Positions 18,995 through 28,060 of a stretch of 64,000 bases of DNA are shown here, piece by piece. A program made the position numbers and the translations under genes. How positions within the stretch are numbered: position 1 is the first letter of the stretch; each line of letters opens with the position of its first letter. Below the pieces are notes generated by a model, which saw only the letters and a list, made by a program, of their open reading frames with translations, was not told where the DNA came from and did no database searches. This DNA comes from Candidatus Bathyarchaeia archaeon (lineage in GTDB: Archaea; Thermoproteota; Bathyarchaeia; Bathyarchaeales; Bathycorpusculaceae): positions 64,001 to 128,000 of the forward strand of contig JAVZLM010000002.1 in assembly GCA_038883775.1 (NCBI GenBank). Direction: 5' to 3'.

Positions 18995-20604
18995 GCATAA
19001 AATTTAATCAGTTTCTTCAATGCCCAACTGAACTTTTTCCTTAAGGCTTTAGAATAAATTTTATCAATGGGTGCTTCCACCATGGCAGCCCATTTCGCAT
19101 AAACTCTGGGGTCAATGTAGGATTTTAACGAAGTTGTTAAATTGTATTCTTTCGTGTTTTTCATCAACTCAATATCTAACTTGATTTTTTCAATTCTTTT
19201 GAGAATTGCCTCTGTTTTCTTGCCCTGTGTCCTTTTTTTCTCTAACTCAAGTTCTAACTCTTTAAGCCTAGCTTCTTTTTTGGTTAATCTCTCTTCAAAA
19301 TTATTAGGAACTTTCCTCTTGTGGTTGGCAATTTCAGCTCCCTTTAAGTTAGCCATTTTTGCATGGAAAACCTTAACATGCTCGGAATCTTCTTTTTTGA
19401 CAGGGCATTTGTCCAAGTATTCCTCAACAGCCTTTGTGGTTCTCCATGTTCTGAAAACTTTGGCTGTTAATCCACTCATTTTTGCTGAAAGGAATTTGGA
19501 TACTTTTCTTGAATCTATTCCTTCAAAAAGGTATTCTCTACATGTTTTAGCGTAATGTTCGATATTTTTGATAACGCTTGGCGGCGCTTTCGCTTGCTTA
19601 ATCCATCTTACAGAGTCTTTTCCCAAAAAGTCAAAATGCAGCGTATCGCCCTCTATCCGTATGTGTTCTGGTCTTAGGGTTATGGCTCCAACAGTGTCCG
19701 CTTCTTCTGGATCTTTTTCGTCGCCGACCCTCATGTTTAGGGCGTGAATAAGCCAACAAACCGTTGCTATCTTTCTTCTTTCATCATTTTTTGATTCTAG
19801 GTTTTTCAGGATGTGAGCTTCGATTTTTGGGATGAATTTGTCGAGCTTTTCAGCCTTCTTATATTTCTCCTTCTCCTTTTTCTGTTTCAGATAGGCTGAG
19901 TCGGAAAACCAAACATACTTTATTTTCCCAGTAAGTTTGTCTTGCCATTTAGCGATATACATTTTATTTGGCTCCCAAATAATGGCTTTCCATTTTCCCT
20001 CTGGTTTTGGGCTGTCTGGAGAAAGGTTTAGAATTATGTCTTCTTCTCTTGGTCCTTCTTTCCATCTTCCCCTTTTCGGATGGTCACCCCTTCCTGAGAA
20101 TAAGCAGGATGGCTCTGCTGTCCAGTTGGCTATTTCTATCTTTTTTCCATCCACAAAGGCGTATCCAAACTTTTTCTTTAATGCCTCCCTTTGTGCTTTC
20201 CTTTGTTTTGCCAGTTTCTTTTTCTCCCATTCGGTCAGACTTAGCTTTTTTTGGTTTTCCTTGTCTAAATACTCGAAAATTTCGGAAAAATCTACGCCGC
20301 CAAGATGCGTGCAATTCAAAGATCCAAGAGTGTCATTTTCTATATTCTTTAAATGTTCAGTGAAAAACGAATTCAAAAAATCTGCAGAGGGATTTTCCAA
20401 CCTCAACTGGTTAAGGAAATCTTGCATGAAATTTTTGTAGAAAACCTTGTCTGGTGAAGTTGGAGAGCGCAACTTCTTTGCCCACGCCAAAGCCATTTCC
20501 TCACTTTTTGGACCCAATTTTATCGTGTGCCCTTGAATTTTAATTGTAAAACCCTTGAAATCGTATTGTGGAACATAGATTCCATTATGCCTCAAAGTTT
20601 TCAA
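18991..20604 (-). CDS. top1: DNA topoisomerase IB (eukaryote-like long type)
   Basis: LRHNG, GRGDHPKRG, MRVGDEK, FDFLGKDS, AKVFRT, ANH, TSLKSYIDPR catalytic set. Confidence 0.93.
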   Translation of the reverse strand: MKTLRHNGIYVPQYDFKGFTIKIQGHTIKLGPKSEEMALAWAKKLRSPTSPDKVFYKNFMQDFLNQLRLENPSADFLNSFFTEHLKNIENDTLGSLNCTHLGGVDFSEIFEYLDKENQKKLSLTEWEKKKLAKQRKAQREALKKKFGYAFVDGKKIEIANWTAEPSCLFSGRGDHPKRGRWKEGPREEDIILNLSPDSPKPEGKWKAIIWEPNKMYIAKWQDKLTGKIKYVWFSDSAYLKQKKEKEKYKKAEKLDKFIPKIEAHILKNLESKNDERRKIATVCWLIHALNMRVGDEKDPEEADTVGAITLRPEHIRIEGDTLHFDFLGKDSVRWIKQAKAPPSVIKNIEHYAKTCREYLFEGIDSRKVSKFLSAKMSGLTAKVFRTWRTTKAVEEYLDKCPVKKEDSEHVKVFHAKMANLKGAEIANHKRKVPNNFEERLTKKEARLKELELELEKKRTQGKKTEAILKRIEKIKLDIELMKNTKEYNLTTSLKSYIDPRVYAKWAAMVEAPIDKIYSKALRKKFSWALKKLIKFYA

Positions 20605-20842
20605 TAATTCTCACGCTTGCCATGTGAAGGTTTTCTTTATTCACTATCTCGCTTACTTAAAAACTTCGCTGCTTCAACTTTAAACCTTAACAAGCGTTAT
20701 AATACACACTGTCACTCTGAAAACATAGATTGTTTGAAAGAGGCGATGTCCATTATGCTTGGTTATTTTAAACATGAAAAAAGGGTTTATTGAAATTAAA
20801 TTTTTAAGTATGATTTTTTCAATCATTAAAAGGTGAAAGACC

Positions 20843-21157
20843 ATGTCCTTCAAAAGGAAGCAGAGAAGAAGCATAATTGACGAATTGTTTGGAAACTCGT
20901 TATTTGAAGACACGGAAAGATTCTTTGAAGAATTCCCAAAAGAATTAGAGGGCGGATACTCAATAAACGTGGTGCAAACGCCAGAAGGAACAAAGGTTCA
21001 TGCAAAAGTTGGAAAGAACGTAGATGTGGATGCGCTTAAGAGACAACTTCAAAAGGAATACCCCCACGCAAAAATAGAAATTGAAGGCGGCAAAAAAGAA
21101 CCCCTAATAAGGGAAATATCAACAAAAAACATCAAAGAAGAAAACCAAAAAACCTAG
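20843..21157 (+). CDS. Hypothetical protein resembling the N-terminal region of archaeal small heat-shock proteins
   Basis: SIIDELFG...FFEEF...GGYSINVVQTPEG; AGGTGA RBS. Confidence 0.6.
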   Translation: MSFKRKQRRSIIDELFGNSLFEDTERFFEEFPKELEGGYSINVVQTPEGTKVHAKVGKNVDVDALKRQLQKEYPHAKIEIEGGKKEPLIREISTKNIKEENQKT

Positions 21158-21277
21158 AGAGGCTTATCCCCTATTGGTTGCACAGCAATCCAAAAAATGA
21201 TCAAAACCAAGGACTTTTTAGAAAAAGAAAATAGGCTGCTCAACATAAAATTTCATCATCTCCTTATCAAAGTTTGC

Positions 21278-21356
21278 GGGGTAGTCGTCTAGCTTGGTCA
21301 AGGATACCAGCCTGGGGCGCTGGCGATCCTGGGTTCAAATCCCAGCTACCCCACCA
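21278..21356 (+). tRNA. tRNA-Pro(GGG), CCA encoded
   Basis: GGGGTAG/CTACCCC acceptor, CCAGC-CT-GGG-GC-GCTGG anticodon arm, GTTCAAATC T-loop. Confidence 0.95.
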
Positions 21357-21390
21357 CAAGCATTAAATGCCAACGGCATTATGTTTAATC

Positions 21391-21960
21391 ATGGGTTACG
21401 AAGACAAAAAAGTGGCTGGATTCCTCTTGCTTGTTGGCGCTGTCCAACTTGTTTTGGGAATGATTGTTTCAGAGGCGCTTTATCCAAATTATAGCACTTC
21501 AGGCAATTACATAAGTGATCTTGGTGTTGGGCCTTCTGCTTTAATCTTTAACTCTTCAATTATATTGTTGGGCGTATTCATTGCTGTTGGCGCTTATTTC
21601 GTGTTGCGGGCTTTCAATTCTAAGCTTTTTTCTCTTTTGTTGGCGGTAACGGGTATTGGCGCCATAGGCGTAGGCATATTCACAGAAGATTATCCACCTT
21701 TACATGGGATTTTTTCTTTAATAACGTTCTTATTTGCTGGAATCTCCATAATAGTTTCAAGCAAATTCGAAAAACCGCCCCTATCATACCTTTCCATCAT
21801 ATTAGGCGCAACATCCCTTGTTTCGCTTGCCCTATTTGGTTCTGGCGTTTATTTGGGTTTGGGCAAGGGCGGAATGGAGCGCATGATTGCCTATCCAGTC
21901 TTGCTAGGCGCCATAGGTCTCGGCGGCTACTTCATTGGCAATTCCCAAAATGACAAATAA
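21391..21960 (+). CDS. DUF998 family membrane protein
   Basis: YPNYSTSGNYISDLG, GIGAIGVGIFTED..LH, GGMERMIAYP. Confidence 0.8.
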   Translation: MGYEDKKVAGFLLLVGAVQLVLGMIVSEALYPNYSTSGNYISDLGVGPSALIFNSSIILLGVFIAVGAYFVLRAFNSKLFSLLLAVTGIGAIGVGIFTEDYPPLHGIFSLITFLFAGISIIVSSKFEKPPLSYLSIILGATSLVSLALFGSGVYLGLGKGGMERMIAYPVLLGAIGLGGYFIGNSQNDK

Positions 21961-22039
21961 GCTATTGCGGGAATTTAGGCAAGTTTAATATAAGAAGAGA
22001 AAGGATAAAAATAAATATAATGTATAGGTGAAAAGGGGT

Positions 22040-22459
22040 ATGGCGTCAAAGAAACTTTTGGAAATGTTAAATGATGCAATAGCAAGAGAAATGCAAGTTT
22101 CAATACAGTATATGTGGCAACATGTCCAATGGGGCGGCGTTAAAGGCTTTGCGGTTCAAGATGAGTTAAAGAAGATAGCCATAACTGAAATGAAGCATGC
22201 AGAAACTATTGCCGAAAGACTCTTCTATTTGGGCGGCACCCCAACAACAAAACCAACAGAGATTTTTGTGGGTAAAAACCTTAAGGAAATGATAACCCGA
22301 GACGTGAAAGATGAGGAAAATGCGATAAAGCTTTACAAGGAAATTATAGCCCAAGCGCAAAAGGAAAAGGATGAAACCACAGCCTTCCTATTCATGGAAA
22401 TTCTAAAAGACGAGGAAGAGCATCACGACACTTTCACAACACTCCTTGAAGAAATATAG
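22040..22459 (+). CDS. Ferritin-like / bacterioferritin-type diiron protein
   Basis: AIARE...QY, EMKHAE...ER, DEE, DEEEHH ferroxidase pattern. Confidence 0.9.
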   Translation: MASKKLLEMLNDAIAREMQVSIQYMWQHVQWGGVKGFAVQDELKKIAITEMKHAETIAERLFYLGGTPTTKPTEIFVGKNLKEMITRDVKDEENAIKLYKEIIAQAQKEKDETTAFLFMEILKDEEEHHDTFTTLLEEI

Positions 22460-22526
22460 CATATAAAAACTATACGCATCACAATTCCCTATTTTTATCT
22501 CTAATAAAATGAGGTAATGGCGAGAA

Positions 22527-22952
22527 TTGAGCTTAGACGAGTATTGGAGAAAAAGAAACTTCACGAAAACAACAGAGCCGAAAGGCGAAAAGAAAATTTA
22601 CGTGATTCAGAAACATGCAGCCACCCACTTGCATTATGACTTACGCTTAGAAATGAATGGTGTATTAAAAAGCTGGGCAATCCCCAAAGAGCCACCAACT
22701 ACGCCGGGCGTTCGAAGATTGGCTGTAGAGGTGGAAGACCATCCAATTGAATATGCAAACTTTGAAGGAATAATCCCAGAAGGTGAATATGGGGCGGGCG
22801 CTGTGGAAATTTGGGATAGAGGAACATATAGACTTTTAGAGCGAAAGGAGGGCAAGCTTATTGTGGAAATTGATGGTAATAGGCTTAGCGGCGTTTATGT
22901 GCTTATGAGATTTAAAGATAAGAAAAACTGGCTTTTCTTCAAAAAGAAGTAA
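22527..22952 (+). CDS. Stand-alone LigD 3'-phosphoesterase domain protein
   Basis: [46 protein letters not shown]. Confidence 0.92.
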   Translation: MSLDEYWRKRNFTKTTEPKGEKKIYVIQKHAATHLHYDLRLEMNGVLKSWAIPKEPPTTPGVRRLAVEVEDHPIEYANFEGIIPEGEYGAGAVEIWDRGTYRLLERKEGKLIVEIDGNRLSGVYVLMRFKDKKNWLFFKKK

Positions 22953-22964
22953 GAATAAATGTCT

Positions 22965-23249
22965 TTATTCTTCTTCTTTTTCGGCTTCTCCCTTTCCTAC
23001 AACTTCTGCTTCGGCGAATCTTCTGCTTATTCTCGTTATTTTTATTTTGACATGGTCGCCTGGTTTAGTGTTTGGTATGAAAGTTACTAAGCCTTGGATT
23101 CTGGCTATGCCTTCTCCACGGCGGCTCGTTTCTTGAACATCAACATCGTATTCTTTTCCAAGCTCCACTGGTTTTGGAGGGAATCTTCCTTCGCCTCTTC
23201 CTCGTCCTCTGAATCCTCTTCTTTGGCCGAAGCTTCTTCTTTCTTCCAT
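22965..23249 (-). CDS. TRAM-domain RNA-binding protein with RG-rich N-terminus
   Basis: PVELGKEYDV...GEGIARIQGLVTFIPNTKPGDHVKIKI; probable ATG at 23249. Confidence 0.88.
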   Translation of the reverse strand: MEERRSFGQRRGFRGRGRGEGRFPPKPVELGKEYDVDVQETSRRGEGIARIQGLVTFIPNTKPGDHVKIKITRISRRFAEAEVVGKGEAEKEEE

Positions 23250-23296
23250 ACCGTTTTCACCTCTCATCTCATTAATATTAAATGGTTTTCCGCGGT

Positions 23297-23587
23297 TTAC
23301 TCAACTGTCAGTTTCCCATGTTTTCCAACGTTTAGCTGGATTTCTCCCCTGAAACTTGTGATGTAGCCGTTTTCCACTTTGACTGTGTCGTTGACGTTTA
23401 CTTGGTTTATTTGCTCGTTCCATAGGGTCATCTTTATTTTTCCTGTTTCGTCGGCGATTATGGCTGTTGCCACTTTGTATGTTTCATCTTTGAACCTTGA
23501 CAAAACCTCATGCGTTTCAGACTTCTCTAAGACTTTAGCTTCTATGCTGACGTTTTTCATTCCGTTTCGCAAATCCTTTATTTTCAA
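23297..23587 (-). CDS. Single OB-fold ssDNA/RNA-binding protein (crenarchaeal SSB-like, no tail)
   Basis: KIKDLR.GM..V.IEAKV, ADETGKIKMTLW, ENGY..SFRGEIQLNVG. Confidence 0.88.
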   Translation of the reverse strand: MKIKDLRNGMKNVSIEAKVLEKSETHEVLSRFKDETYKVATAIIADETGKIKMTLWNEQINQVNVNDTVKVENGYITSFRGEIQLNVGKHGKLTVE

Positions 23588-23599
23588 TTTTGTCCTCCG

Positions 23600-23884
23600 T
23601 TAAGCTATTTTCTCCGCGACGGCAAACTTTTCCCGAACTGTTAAAATTCTAACTTTAACCCGTTCGCCTATTTTGCTGCGGGGCACGAAAATCAAATAGC
23701 TTTGGATTCTTGCTATTCCGTCGCCTCTGCTTCCAATATCGTCTATGACAACTTCCAGTTCCTGGTTTTCTTTCACCGGCGCCATCTGGAAAAATGGTCT
23801 TGATGTGCGGAATCTACTATGGCTTCCATATCTCCTCGGTTTTCTTGGAGCGTTTTTTGTTTTTTCCGGTAGCCTTCTTGGCAT
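23600..23884 (-). CDS. TRAM-domain RNA-binding protein with basic N-terminus
   Basis: APVKENQELEVVIDDIGSRGDGIARIQSYLIFVP. Confidence 0.88.
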   Translation of the reverse strand: MPRRLPEKTKNAPRKPRRYGSHSRFRTSRPFFQMAPVKENQELEVVIDDIGSRGDGIARIQSYLIFVPRSKIGERVKVRILTVREKFAVAEKIA

Positions 23885-23908
23885 ATTTTGTTTTCGTCCT
23901 TATCGCGG

Positions 23909-23972
23909 AACCAGCCTAGAACCATTAAGCTCAAGTGCCCTTGATGACACCGAGTTTTGGCTAAAGCTGGTT
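23909..23972 (-). promoter_or_regulatory. Structured 5' leader (long interrupted hairpin) of the TRAM-SSB-TRAM operon
   Basis: Minus strand pairing AACCAGC/GCTGGTT, AGCCA/TGGTT, CTCG-GTGTC/GGCAC-TTGAG; TTTATA box at about 24003-23998. Confidence 0.55.
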
Positions 23973-24116
23973 ACAACAGAGAAAAGCTTCCAATAATATA
24001 AAGATTGCGAACAATGTAAATTGTTTTACTCTAGAAATTTTGAAGAGTTAAATTATGTACAGAGCTGGATGCTATTTTTATGGAAGTCTATCAAATAATA
24101 ATGATGAGGATCAAGC

Positions 24117-24836
24117 GTGCACGAACCCATAATTCAGCTTATAGATGTGTATAAAGAATATCGTATTGGAAATGCTTACACAAGCGCCTTGAAAGGCGTA
24201 AACTTTAAAGTATACGGAGGACAACTTATTGCCATAATGGGGCCTTCTGGTTCGGGAAAAACAACGCTCTTAAACATGATAGGCCTTCTGGATAGACCAA
24301 CTAAGGGTTTTGTCTTCTTCGATGGATTTGACGTTTCAAAGCTTGATGACAAAACTTTGGCTGACTTGAGAAATAGCAAACTTGGGTTTGTCTTTCAGAC
24401 GTTTAACCTTATCAGCAGACTTACGGTTTTTGAAAACATAGAGTTACCATTAATACCTAAAGGAATTCCCAAAAACATGAGGGTTGAAATGGTTAAAGAG
24501 GCTTTGACTAAAGTTGGAGGAGATGAAAAGTGGCTTAATAAAAAGCCAACTCAGCTTTCCGGAGGCGAACAGCAGCGTGTTGCAATCGCAAGGGCTATAG
24601 TTGGAAAACCAGTTGTTGTGTTGGCTGACGAACCTACGGGCAATTTGGATAGGGCTTCGGCAAAAGTTGTTGTTGAAACTTTTCTTAACCTTAACAAGGT
24701 GGGACACACGGTGATAGTTGTGACGCATGATCCGGAAGTTGCAAACTGCATGGAACAAATATACGTTATTAGAGATGGAGCTATTGTTGGAGAATTTATG
24801 CCTAATAAAGCAGAGTCACTTATTAATAAGGAATAA
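24117..24836 (+). CDS. ABC transporter ATP-binding protein (LolD/MacB-type)
   Basis: GPSGSGKT, LSGGEQQRVAIARA, LADEPTGNLD. Confidence 0.93.
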   Translation: MHEPIIQLIDVYKEYRIGNAYTSALKGVNFKVYGGQLIAIMGPSGSGKTTLLNMIGLLDRPTKGFVFFDGFDVSKLDDKTLADLRNSKLGFVFQTFNLISRLTVFENIELPLIPKGIPKNMRVEMVKEALTKVGGDEKWLNKKPTQLSGGEQQRVAIARAIVGKPVVVLADEPTGNLDRASAKVVVETFLNLNKVGHTVIVVTHDPEVANCMEQIYVIRDGAIVGEFMPNKAESLINKE

Positions 24837-24862
24837 ACTCAACTGTTAAGATGTGATGACGC

Positions 24863-27800
24863 ATGAAAGCCCTTAGGAAGATTTCAACCATCATATTGGT
24901 TACAATATTGGTTTTACAGTGCATAGCCATTTTCACGCAGAACGTGGCTTTTGGAAATGCTGAAGACTTCGCCATTAAGAATGTTAATGTTAGGTCTTCT
25001 GTTGATACTGCATACATCTATCCTGGAAGCAGCAGAGTAAACTTGAAAATTGAAGCAGCATACCAGAATGGCACTCCAGCCCAAAACGTGATTGGATGGC
25101 TTAAAACAACTGCAGGTATAGGCTTCAGCTCCCAGAGTGGTTCGTGCTCCCCTGCGAGGCTTCTCAATGGGAGCATAGCAGAAAACGTCACGCTTAACAC
25201 TTATGTAACGTTTGAATATTTACTTGACATAAACAACTCCATCGAACCAAGCAGTTATGAACTTAAACTTAACATAACATACGTTAAAGAGGATAAAGTA
25301 ACATTTGAATTACACTCGATAATCCTGACAATTTCGCCTTATCCCGCAATTTCTTTAAGAGTTGTGAACGCTTATTTTTCGCCAGCTTCTTATCCAGGGT
25401 CTGTTGATACAAACCTTTATGTCGTATTAGAGAATAATGGCAGTTGCGCCATTAACTCGGCGAACTTCAATGTTACGCTTCCAGAAAACTTTACAGTTAA
25501 AAATCCAAGGGCAAACGTTGGATTTGTTGACGTTGGAGACCGTTTCACATTAACGTTTACGGGGATAACCATCCCAGTAAACGCTAGTCTTGGCGCATAC
25601 AGCGTATCCCTTTATGCTGATTGTAGTGCGAGAACAGAGGACGGAGTAACCTACAGCAGCTCAACATCCATCGAAGCTTTAGTTGTTGTAGAGAATCCGC
25701 CTCCAGAAGAACCAATAATAGTTGCAAATGTAAACACGCTTTACAACGGTATTCCAGCGCCGCTACTGCCATCAGCAAGAAACATTGTTTTACGAATCTA
25801 CCTCATTAATAGGCTTCCGGACACCATAAGCGCCATGTCCGTGAACGCCATACTTCCAAGCGGAATCTTTGTCAGAGCCATTTCGGGGACATACATTAAC
25901 GGGATGGCGTCGGGCGGAACATGCTATGTTGACCTAACTTTGGATGTTGAGTCGGAAATCGAAATAGGATTAGAAACGGGCGTTTTGGACATAACCTATT
26001 TGCGAATAGTTTCTGGATCCTCCTTTCTCATGAATCAGATTGTGAGCTTTTCGATAAACGTAGAAAGCGTCCACAGTTATTTATCCGAGTTGGCTTTTGT
26101 TGAGGCTTATTGGGGTTATCCAGATCCAGTGCCCGCTTACTCCACTTCGCGGTATGTGCCTCTGACAATCAGGCTTATCAACAATGGGCGTTTTGATGTT
26201 CATGGTGTTGTTGTAAACGCTTCATCACTGTACCTTATGCCAATAAAAGATTCTGAAGCAAGCGCAACTACGGTTGCCAGCGGAGGATATTGCACAGCAG
26301 TCCTTTACTTTGACATAAACACGGATGCTCCAACCGTTCCGGTGGAAATCCATGTAAATTACATATTTACGGAGTTCGGGGCTCACATCAACGTGTTTAG
26401 GAACTTCACAGCGTCCATGTCGGTTGAGAGTTATCCAGCGTCAAAGAGCATCTTATGGCTTGTTGGTGCTGGATGGCAAAACAACGTAAACGTTTTCCCA
26501 AGAACCAGCAACGCAACTTACCAAATAACCTTGGCGAACAGGTCGCCGTTCTCAATAAGCGGAGTAAACTTAAAGCTGAAACTTCCATCCGGGATGAGTT
26601 CAAAAGGACTTAGCGAAGCAATAGCATATGTAGAAGGACCGCTGAGGAGTCTAGCTACATTCACCGCTTCATTTACAGTTTCAGTCGGCGACGTATCTCC
26701 TGGAAACCATGATGCGGATTTAATTGTTGACTGTATATTGCTTTCCGGCGGACCAGGTGTTAGACGTGTCGAAGAGTTCACGTTACAAATGGGCGTTAAT
26801 GATGACAGATCTGCTTTGGAAGTCGTGGATACAAGATGGTATGAAGGTTCTGTTGGACCAAGCACCTACGGAGCTCACCTAATAATTCTAGTTAGGAACG
26901 TTTATGTTGATGGACTTCATGGCGCTTTACTTAAACTCGAATTGCCAGATGGAATTTACAATTCCGCAGACAATGCAAGTAGTGCTAATGCTGCGCCACT
27001 CTCAGTGCAGTTGCAACTACCACTACAAACGCAGAACCTCGCCGAAATTCTAAACGCCTTCTTAAGCGCTCAACAGGCTAGTCCCGCGCAAGTCTACGGT
27101 AGAGGTGACATTTTAACTTTCATGTTCAGCTTTAACCTTTTCGATGTAGAAGTGAGAAATTACATATTTGATGGAAAGCTTTCTTACATTGATGCTTGGA
27201 ACGGCAACAGAGAAATTTCTTTGGCAATTCCAGTTGCGGTGCTTGGTAAGGCGGGATACATCGCCTTAATCATGGATGAAAGCATCAGCGTGAGAAGTCG
27301 CTATGTCAACACTTCGCTTACGCTGGTGAATCATGGCAGCTCGCCAGTTTACGACGCTTACGTTGTTGTTTCGCCTTATCAAGGAATGCCAATTCTAATA
27401 GCATCGCCGATGGTTAACTACGTTGAAAAGATACTTCCCGAAGAAAGCCTCCAAATTCCTTTATCACTAGCTTATAATCCTCTTGGCTTTTATTCACAAA
27501 CTGGCGGAGTTCCCTCAATAACTTATGGCCCAGTCCCCCTTATAATATCAATCTTTTATAGAGACTCTTGCGGCTACTCTCAAGTATTCAACAATTCAAT
27601 AGTTGTGGTTGTTGAGCCTTTTATAGACATTATAATAAGAAATGTTAGAGCAACAGGCACAAATGCATCATCCACGGTGACCGGGATTATCGTTAATTAT
27701 GGGTCCTCAACAGCCTATCGTGTCGAGGCAGAACTAAAAATTGGCGAAACCACAGAATCCTCTTTTATAGGCGACGTCGACCCAGGTTCAGAAGTAGCCT

Positions 27801-28060
27801 TCAGAGTGGACATAAACAAGTATGCAAGCTCTGCCATTTTAACAGTGAAATACTACGACGTGTTCAACAAGTTGGAGTCAAAACAGATAAATGTCAACGT
27901 AACGTTACAAGAAGCGCTTGTGCCTCCACAAACTCCAGCCGAGCAACTCCAAATTGAAAAATGGATTATTGTGGTCGGCGTGCTTGTCTTTCTAGCGGTG
28001 TCGACTGTTTTAATTTATAGAATGGCAAAGAAAACGAAAATCGAAAGTAGCAGCTCTTGA
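24863..28060 (+). CDS. Large secreted, membrane-anchored protein with repeated beta-sandwich (S-layer-domain/CARDB-like) modules
   Basis: Signal peptide, recurring L.N.G...I..V.....LP.G units, N-glycosylation sequons, C-terminal TM; lies between ABC ATPase and permease. Confidence 0.75.
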   Translation: MKALRKISTIILVTILVLQCIAIFTQNVAFGNAEDFAIKNVNVRSSVDTAYIYPGSSRVNLKIEAAYQNGTPAQNVIGWLKTTAGIGFSSQSGSCSPARLLNGSIAENVTLNTYVTFEYLLDINNSIEPSSYELKLNITYVKEDKVTFELHSIILTISPYPAISLRVVNAYFSPASYPGSVDTNLYVVLENNGSCAINSANFNVTLPENFTVKNPRANVGFVDVGDRFTLTFTGITIPVNASLGAYSVSLYADCSARTEDGVTYSSSTSIEALVVVENPPPEEPIIVANVNTLYNGIPAPLLPSARNIVLRIYLINRLPDTISAMSVNAILPSGIFVRAISGTYINGMASGGTCYVDLTLDVESEIEIGLETGVLDITYLRIVSGSSFLMNQIVSFSINVESVHSYLSELAFVEAYWGYPDPVPAYSTSRYVPLTIRLINNGRFDVHGVVVNASSLYLMPIKDSEASATTVASGGYCTAVLYFDINTDAPTVPVEIHVNYIFTEFGAHINVFRNFTASMSVESYPASKSILWLVGAGWQNNVNVFPRTSNATYQITLANRSPFSISGVNLKLKLPSGMSSKGLSEAIAYVEGPLRSLATFTASFTVSVGDVSPGNHDADLIVDCILLSGGPGVRRVEEFTLQMGVNDDRSALEVVDTRWYEGSVGPSTYGAHLIILVRNVYVDGLHGALLKLELPDGIYNSADNASSANAAPLSVQLQLPLQTQNLAEILNAFLSAQQASPAQVYGRGDILTFMFSFNLFDVEVRNYIFDGKLSYIDAWNGNREISLAIPVAVLGKAGYIALIMDESISVRSRYVNTSLTLVNHGSSPVYDAYVVVSPYQGMPILIASPMVNYVEKILPEESLQIPLSLAYNPLGFYSQTGGVPSITYGPVPLIISIFYRDSCGYSQVFNNSIVVVVEPFIDIIIRNVRATGTNASSTVTGIIVNYGSSTAYRVEAELKIGETTESSFIGDVDPGSEVAFRVDINKYASSAILTVKYYDVFNKLESKQINVNVTLQEALVPPQTPAEQLQIEKWIIVVGVLVFLAVSTVLIYRMAKKTKIESSSS

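Noticed and set aside
21294-21494. 66-aa ORF
   Set aside because: It overlaps tRNA-Pro and the DUF998 gene in another frame
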